This document shows, piece after piece, positions 39,601 through 48,600 of a stretch of 64,000 nt of DNA. Under the pieces are notes generated by a model. That model made no database searches. It was given only the letters and a program-made list of their open reading frames with translations, and was not told the DNA's origin. The stretch is from positions 17,796,001 through 17,860,000 of the forward strand of contig NC_087245.1 in the NCBI RefSeq assembly GCF_037042905.1, given 5' to 3'. Source of the stretch: Lytechinus pictus (taxonomy: Eukaryota). Each line of letters begins with the position of its first letter. Position 1 is the first letter of the stretch. The position numbers and the translations under genes are program-made.

Positions 39601-42600
39601 TTCAAAGGATGGAAAGTCCTTTCTGTCAGAGGGGACCAGTCTCTTGACAGTTCTCATGTCATGGATCTACAATCGAACTAAAAAAAAAAAAAGTTTGGAC
39701 AATATCGAAAAAAAGTTTTGGTTCTGAGGACAAGATAGCGCGTGACCTCTCTTGGTAAGGTCATATGCTTCTGAAAAGGAATACACTTTCATACAATTAC
39801 AATAAGACTAAGAATTCTAGTCAGTGCATGCAATGCTGCATGTATTATTATGGTTTGGATTTTATGATGATATACAGGGGATAAGGAGGACAATGATACT
39901 TACTATTATAGCAATTGTGCAATCCATTGGTAATTTCCATGATAAATCATTCACAAACACCAATGGCATGAAGGAGTTGATGAAAGTTTGTAATAACTTA
40001 TATGCAGCCGTGCCCAAATGTATGGTTTTACATCAGGCTTATCTCCAATCATGTAGTAAAATAATTATTAAATTCAATTCTCCTTTTCAAAATTTTCTTG
40101 TTTATAATCGAAATAGACATGAAAAAGGGATTTATTATGCGAACATGGAGTAGTTAGTGTGACCTTAATTCGCGCATTACCTAATATATCTCTGCATCTA
40201 ATTTTTAATGTCTTGAAAAACTGATATCACCAACAGAAAAAGCGGCCCAAAACTCGAAGGTAAGGTCTCAATTTGTGAAAATATTGGCAGAACATCGGCA
40301 AATTTTGATACCTTTTGCGTCTGCTCTGAGAAAATCTGAACTTCTCAATGAGCATCAAGAAATTGCCAGTTTGCAAGCATAGGTCTCCAAAGTGGAACAT
40401 TGTAAGTAAAATATGTTACCAACCGAATTTATGGCATTTTAACCCCCATCTGATACCATTATCTTACCTTTATCTGCTTGATTTTGTTTCTAAAGCTTCG
40501 CTAAATGATCGTGCGCAAATTGAGGTCACACTTTTTTATGACACTTTTCAGCCGAGTGGGCACTAGTCGATCGCCATGGAATTTTGAAATCGCAATACCA
40601 GCGAAACCCTTGACCTAATTTAAAATACCGTCAAGCGAATATGACTTTGGGATCTTGCCTTCCGTCTGATATTTATGATTTTGATTAATTTTGTGTGAAC
40701 TGTGAGAAATTTTTGATTGCAAATCAACCTCATGGTAATTGTTAAAATGCGCGCAAATTATGGTCACCCCATCATATGTAAGGATGATCTTTTCTGAAAC
40801 CTGTAGTTGCATGTGATTACAGTAATGTAGTTCAGGGGGACTTTCGAATTTTGTACTTGTAGCGGTACATGTAGGCTCTATAATATGTAGTCCTCGTTTT
40901 TGTTACATTTAGGCTGGTTCAGGGGAAAATTCTCAAAGCGTTATGAAAAAAACCCTGAAAAGTTACAATATCAGTAGTTAATGTGAAAATGTTCATGAGA
41001 AGTATGCCCCTTTCAAATGGTAACTGTATTTTTATCTCCAATTATGCTAAAAACTAATGAAGTCATGCAATAGAACTAGAAGGGAAAGGGGTTACTTTTG
41101 TCCTGCTTATTTTTAGCAAATACCTGCTTATAACTTTATAAATACACTGTTAGCTCGGCCTATTTTGGAGTTGTTGTAATAATTTGTGTCATGTTTTGCA
41201 GCCTTGTTGAGGTAATAGATGTCTCATAGGACGAGATGCAGACTTTCCAATGTTGTGGAATAATTATGGTGATAAGCCAATACCATTGAGAGGCAAGCCG
41301 CATAAAATGTTTCTCTTCTTTGTTGATGGATTATGAATGCTTGGTTGAAGGTAGTACTACTTTTACTCTTCTTGTTTGTCAAATCAATGGATTAGTTGGT
41401 CATTTTTCCTGGATTTTGTATCTTTTCTTTTGAAAGAATGTCTCCAAAGTGGAACATTGTAAGTAAAATATGTTACCAACCGAATTTATGGCATTTTAAC
41501 CCCCATCTGATACCATTATCTTACCTTTATCTGCTTGATTTTGTTTCTAAAGCTTCGCTAAATGATCGTGCGCAAATTGAGGTCACACTTTTTTATGACA
41601 CTTTTCAGCCGAGTGGGCACTAGTCGATCGCCATGGAATTTTGAAATCGCAATACCAGCGAAACCCTTGACCTAATTTAAAATACCGTCAAGCGAATATG
41701 ACTTTGGGATCTTGCCTTCCGTCTGATATTTATGATTTTGATTAATTTTGTGTGAACTGTGAGAAATTTTTGATTGCAAATCAACCTCATGGTAATTGTT
41801 AAAATGCGCGCAAATTATGGTCACCCCATCATATGTAAGGATGATCTTTTCTGAAACCTGTAGTTGCATGTGATTACAGTAATGTAGTTCAGGGGGACTT
41901 TCGAATTTTGTACTTGTAGCGGTACATGTAGGCTCTATAATATGTAGTCCTCGTTTTTGTTACATTTAGGCTGGTTCAGGGGAAAATTCTCAAAGCGTTA
42001 TGAAAAAAACCCTGAAAAGTTACAATATCAGTAGTTAATGTGAAAATGTTCATGAGAAGTATGCCCCTTTCAAATGGTAACTGTATTTTTATCTCCAATT
42101 ATGCTAAAAACTAATGAAGTCATGCAATAGAACTAGAAGGGAAAGGGGTTACTTTTGTCCTGCTTATTTTTAGCAAATACCTGCTTATAACTTTATAAAT
42201 ACACTGTTAGCTCGGCCTATTTTGGAGTTGTTGTAATAATTTGTGTCATGTTTTGCAGCCTTGTTGAGGTAATAGATGTCTCATAGGACGAGATGCAGAC
42301 TTTCCAATGTTGTGGAATAATTATGGTGATAAGCCAATACCATTGAGAGGCAAGCCGCATAAAATGTTTCTCTTCTTTGTTGATGGATTATGAATGCTTG
42401 GTTGAAGGTAGTACTACTTTTACTCTGCTTGTTTGTCAAATCAATGGATTAGTTGGTCATTTTTCCTGGATTTTGTATCTTTTCTTTTGAAAGAATGTCC
42501 TTATTGCTGCCTTGCTTTGGATAGGTGACAATGATGAATGAATGTCTCAGGGTTTTTTATTTGCTTTATGTCCTGATACAAAAATAGGGTGGTTTAGAAC

Positions 42601-45600
42601 TATGAGTGGAAACTAGACCCTTGTACCAAGATTTTCCTTAAAGGGAAAGTTCATCCTGAAGAAATGTGTGTTGCAAAGATACTGGTCAAAAGAAATAATG
42701 AAAAATATTGGTGAAAGAATGAGGAAAATCCATCAAAGATTACAAAAGTTATTAGAATTTTGACATTTTGATTTGTGACCTCCAACAAGCAGCTACCTCA
42801 TATATATTTCTATTTTTCAATGGTTCATGATGACTTTTTTCTTTCAGGAGCAGGTTTGAGATTATTTGTCCATTGAAAAACTGAAGGTACAATAAAAACA
42901 GTTTTCAATTTTTTGACAAAAAATAGCATATTTTATATTTTTTATGGAAAACTGCTTGCCTATGACGTCTCAATGAAAAAAAATCTGATAACTTTAATCT
43001 TTGGATTTACCTCAAAGTAATATTATTCTATTATTTTTCTGCTGTTTTTACAATATACTTTTGTCAGGGTGAACTTCCCCTTTAACATTATAAAGTTTAG
43101 TGTCATCGGATTAGATTGTGGAAATTTTTTTTTAAAGAAACCTTCTCCAAGTGGTAGGGAAATGTTGCACATAAAGTAGGCCTAATGATATATACATTTT
43201 TATTTTTGTAATCACCAAAATTATATTTACTGCACACATAAGCATGACAAGGAAATGTAAAGAACGACAGTGTAGGCCTATTCTATTTCAACTGCTTTTA
43301 TTTTGTTTTTTGTCATATTTTGAATTGACAGCATCTAAGGAACAATCATTGGCTTTAGGCCATGTTATGTGAAATCTTGAGCACAATATTTTTTCGAAAT
43401 AATTTTTAAAAATGATGAAATCGCAATTTTTCTTATCGCTCGTTCCACTACATGACTTTCGCGTAAGGATGATTATATATTTGTCACTTATTGTTGCTAC
43501 AAAAATTATTTGACTTGTTGATGATTGAGAGTTGTTCATTTGTGAGGTCTTTAAGTTTTTAATACACAACAATGGGTAACCTTTATCTTAAGAACCTCCC
43601 TGCCTAGCAATCCTTGGGAACATAGCAACGCCAAGACAGCCATCAGAAACATTACAAGGGAAATATATAAACATGAAGAAATTGTCACGTCTTGAGCCCT
43701 TGCATGTGCAGAGCGCATGTGCAAAGTAACCTCATCCCATCTTTCCTGCTGTGTGCATTGAGCTTAAGAAACGATGTGAATGTTATTTTCTAATCAATAA
43801 TTTTGAAAGGATGTTTGAGGTGATGTGAGGTTACGTGATCTATTTGTCATCGGTATTCCTTTTGAAGATCCCAGAGCAAGGTGTCTTCTTGGGTCTCTTT
43901 TGTGTGAATCGAGGTCATGAAGTGTCCTAAAGAAGGCCACATAAGGACAAGAGCTTTAGATTAAAAGGAAAGAGAAGGAATAAATGGACAAACAGAAAGT
44001 TAAAAGGACAAAAAAAGATGAGGGACAGCTTGTTTTGCAATTTCTAAAGATGAGAATACATCCCTTCAATTTCAATGACATTTCCTTCCAACTGTTAAAT
44101 GCCTGGTGACAATTATTATGTAAGTTCTACTTTCCTCTTATAATGACCATCTATCTCTATCAGGGGTATATTGATCAGAAAGAGAACTAGAGGAAGAAGA
44201 AGTAGAAAAAGAAGGAGGAGGAGGGAGAAGGAGAAGAAAAAGAAAAAGGAAGAGTAGGGGAAGAGAATAAGAAGAAGAGGAAGAAGAAGAAAAAAAAGAT
44301 GAGGTGGAGGAGAAAGAAGAAGGATAAGAAGATTGTCATTGTTTTCTAGAATATGACATTTCATTGATTTATAAACAATATTTGGGGAAGCTGCGCTGCT
44401 CACATATGAAGTCACAAATCAGACAAATACAATTCTAATAATTTTTTATCTTTGATGTTTTTTTTTCCTCAAATTTTCACCAATATTTTGTATTTTTTTA
44501 ATCCTTTAAAAATCAGTGAGTGCCTAGTGCCTACTTGTATTGCCAAATCCATTTTCTTCCTGTATTTTCATTTTTTCTTCAACTTTATTCTACCAGCTCC
44601 TATCCACCATCTTTGAATGATCTAGAACTTTGCCACAACTTTTCCATCTTTTCTTCTCTTAGTTTTATATTCATTTTCATATAATCTTTCATTGTATAAT
44701 TTCTTTCTAATTCGTTCTCTTCTTACTCTTACTCCTCTTCCAAATCATCCCCTCTTGCTTTCTTCTTTCTTGTCATCTTCATTCATGTTTAACATTTAAT
44801 CCATAAACTGAAAACAGTCAATGAGATGTCCTTAAAGGAGAATGAAACTCTTGGAGCAAGTTAGCTTTTGTGAAAGCAGAAAAATCAAAGAATAAGATCA
44901 ACAAAAGTTTAAGTAAAATAGGACTAGCAATAGAAGAGTTATGAGCATTTGAATGTCGAGATCACTAATGCTATGGAGATCTTCCCATTGGCAATGCGAC
45001 CTAGATCTTTGATGTCACAGATGAACAACTCTCCCCTTTTGGACACTGAAGATATACCCCAAAACATCTCTTTTTGCTCATTCTAATCATATGACAAACA
45101 ATTTATCAATGATATAATGTTGTGAAACCTCTGTACTTGTCCTCTCATAAAGAGAACACCTCACCTTGTGATAGACTCTATAAAAGTGGGAATATAAGTG
45201 AAATAAGTACTAAAGTAATGAGGGAGTTGTACATGTGTGACATCACAGATCTTGGTCGCATTGCCAATGGGAAGGATCTACATGGCATTAGTGATCTCGA
45301 CATTAAAATGATCATAACTTTCTTATTATTCATTCAATCTTCCTCAAACTTTCAACAATATGTTTCTTTGATTTTTCTCTTTGATATGGATTCAGCTGGT
45401 TTCAAGGGTTTCATTCTCCTTTAAGGGATTAGACATAAGGTCAACTAGCAGATTATTTACCAAACCTTTTATGAAGGATAAATATCGTCCAGCCCCCTTC
45501 CAATTTCTTTAATATATTCTCTCCATATTTATTTCAATGTGTTGGGAAGTTTTATTGCTCCAGTTATTTCTATCCAGGTTATCATCTTATTATTATATTC

Positions 45601-48600
45601 GTCATTGTTGTTAATGTTGTTATTGTCACTATCACAATAGTATGGCACTAGAGCAAGGATTCACTGTAATATGTATTCATTCAAACTATGATATTTGGCC
45701 TGTGCTAGTGAATGTGGTGATTATTTGATAAAGATTTTTAAGACTTTGTCAGAACATATCTCGGTACTTTTGCTCCAATAATGGTCTGGCTTAGTGCTAA
45801 ATAAGGGCATATTAAATGGGTTCTAGAGATTGAGTATACAAATTTGACATGTGTAAGAATACAAGAAGATATTCATATTTGACAAATTGACATTGACAAA
45901 TAAAGAAGAAATATATTTCACTAATGTTTTTAAACACCTGCGGCAGTAGATACGATTTAAGTGTAACCCTTTTCTGGTCTTAATCTTGGTCTTTTTAGTG
46001 GTACTGAACGAGAGTCAGCGTAAGGCAAAGAGGGCGCTGATACAGGAGAATCGTGAGAAGCGTAGCAGAGAAGAGATGCTGAGACAGACCGGTCTAATCT
46101 CTACTAACCAGCTGACAAATCATGAAGAGTCGTTGATTAGAGCTATTCTGGTAGCTCATAAACAAACCAGTCATATGTACAGGAGGGAATCAAGTTCCGG
46201 GGATGAGGTTTGTATTAATACATCCATTACTTTACAAAGTTCATAGAGGAGATATAAACCCTCTCATGGTTTAGACTCCCCTCTGGCTTTTTCAAGTACG
46301 CACACATAATGAATCTGATTTAATCCTCTTTTCTTTAATTGTTTACCTTGGTAATTTGTGCTTTCAATGTTACACTTTTTCAAGATTTTTTAAAAGGATG
46401 GGGAGGGGGTTTAAACCTCAAATATAAAGTATCAATTGTATAAACTTTTCCTTGTAAATCCAGCCTTCATATTGTTAGGCACCTTATCAAAAGTCAGAGC
46501 CTTGTCGAAAAATTCTTTCATACAGGAATCCAGCAAGCATCTTTTCATCTATAATTCTCATATTCATTGAGACATAACAGTAATGGATGTGAAAAATCGG
46601 CTGTGAACTATGCACATACTACATAGTGTCTTTGACTCAACAAAATATGTTTGCATTATTTCCTGCATAAGGGTTGAAACTTCTCTTATCAACCTTTTTA
46701 TTTGGATTTTGAACAACATCTTACAGTGAACTCTACAGTAGCATACACAGGATTTTTAAAGGGGGGGGGGTTTCAAGCTGAATGAAATGTTGAAAACCCT
46801 CTCCCCCCCCCCAAAAAAAAAAAAAAAAAAAAAAAAAATCACCACAAACTTTACGTTGTTTCGTACCTCAAGAAAAATCGACAAGCAAAAAAAAAAGGTC
46901 TTTGAAAAAATTTTAGGGGGGGGGGGTTTGTTATAAACAAAAATTTAAGGGGGGTTTGAACCCCTGTAACCACCCCCTGCGTACACTACTGGTACTCCAA
47001 AATTATTCTTTCCCATAGGCCCAGATTAGAGATGGAAATTAAGTTTCTACCAGTTGTCTTGCATAATTTCCATGTCAAAATATTCCTTGTTTTAAGTAGA
47101 TTTTCACATAATCTTTTGTCACCATGAATCATAGAATATGTTTTAATTTCTATATTTGTCAGCATATCAGACCCATTTTCATACATTTCAGCAAGTGCAT
47201 TTTTTAATGAATTATATACTGTGAGACAGAGAGAAAAGGGGTGATTTTCCTTCTAATGTTCATTAAAAATATGTTTTAATGGACCTAAATGCAATTTACA
47301 TGCATTTTGGTTATATTTGACACTTAATGGATAAAAAAAAATCCTGAACATCCTAAATGCTATCATACAGTATATCAGGAGAACTTAAATTATGTTGATT
47401 ACAATATTCTTCCTTTTCAATTCAAATCTATCAATCTTCCCCTGCAATCCCACAGCTGTTGCCATGGTAAATGAGTGTTTTCATCAGTTCACAGAATAAC
47501 ATTACCCTAAAGACTGATTGTAGTGGTATACTTGTCATCTTGGGCCACATTTTAGTTCATAAGTGACCCAAGAGACTGTCTGTATTGTCAGTTCAGGCCA
47601 AGGTTAAACCACACATGCTCATTTGATGTTGAGAATATTTATGTCATCTTAAAGCATGCTATTTAAACATTGTATTTAGCTATGTGGGGGTTATGCAGTA
47701 AAGCGACCTGACCATGGCATTTCAAAGGTACTGCAAGTGTAACAGTTGAATTTATTTTGTTGACGTCCCACCCCACGTTGAAATTAACTTTCTTGAAAGT
47801 TTAAGGTATTTAGTGACCTCTCCTGAATATTTGTCAAAATCAGCATTTGCTATACACCCACAGAGTTGTGGGAAACTATTCACTTTTCAGGAGTGGGGTA
47901 AAGATAAGAAATAAACGTCTTTCACATAAATTAACAATAAATGATGAAAAAACCTTGAAGTATATCTAAAAATAATTTCAGAAAAGCTCAATCCTGGAAA
48001 AGAGAATTTTTGAGTTTTTGTAACTTATTTTTATCCTATTTTTGAAATATGCTTTTTTCAAAAGTTTTCATTTGACATAGATGGATTTCCACTGCACTCA
48101 GCTTTTCTGGACATACCTGGGGCCCTGTTCATAAAGAGTTCGAACTATGTGGAATACTTTTGTAATCATAATAAATGTTTCAATGGTAGTTACAATATAT
48201 TTTAATATGGCAAAGGTACCATAGTTGTAAGACTTATTTTGTCATCATTAATATCTATTGTATTTTTAGAGTGAACCTGATAGCAAGAAACTGAAGATGG
48301 AGGATGAAAAACCCTTAGCTGAGATCATGACGCCTTCTATAGTCAAAGTAGTGGAATTTGCCAAGAGAATACCAGGATTTACAAATGTGAGTAGCCTCTA
48401 CATGATGAAAAATGGTACATTGTTGTTAACCCCTGGTTTACTTGGAATGAGAAGATAAGTATTCAATAATTAAGACATAAATTATTGTCTCAAGCCATGA
48501 ATTACATGTTTTGGGAAGTGATTATCCTTTCAACATTTTATGTGACTATTATTTTAGTGTAAAAATAGCTATTTGAAAAATATCAACCATGAATGGCATT

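Noticed and set aside
44180..44335. Purine-rich tract and hydrophobic ORF (similar tract at 55520-55670)
   Set aside because: Low-complexity GA/CT sequence; the ORFs are compositional artefacts.
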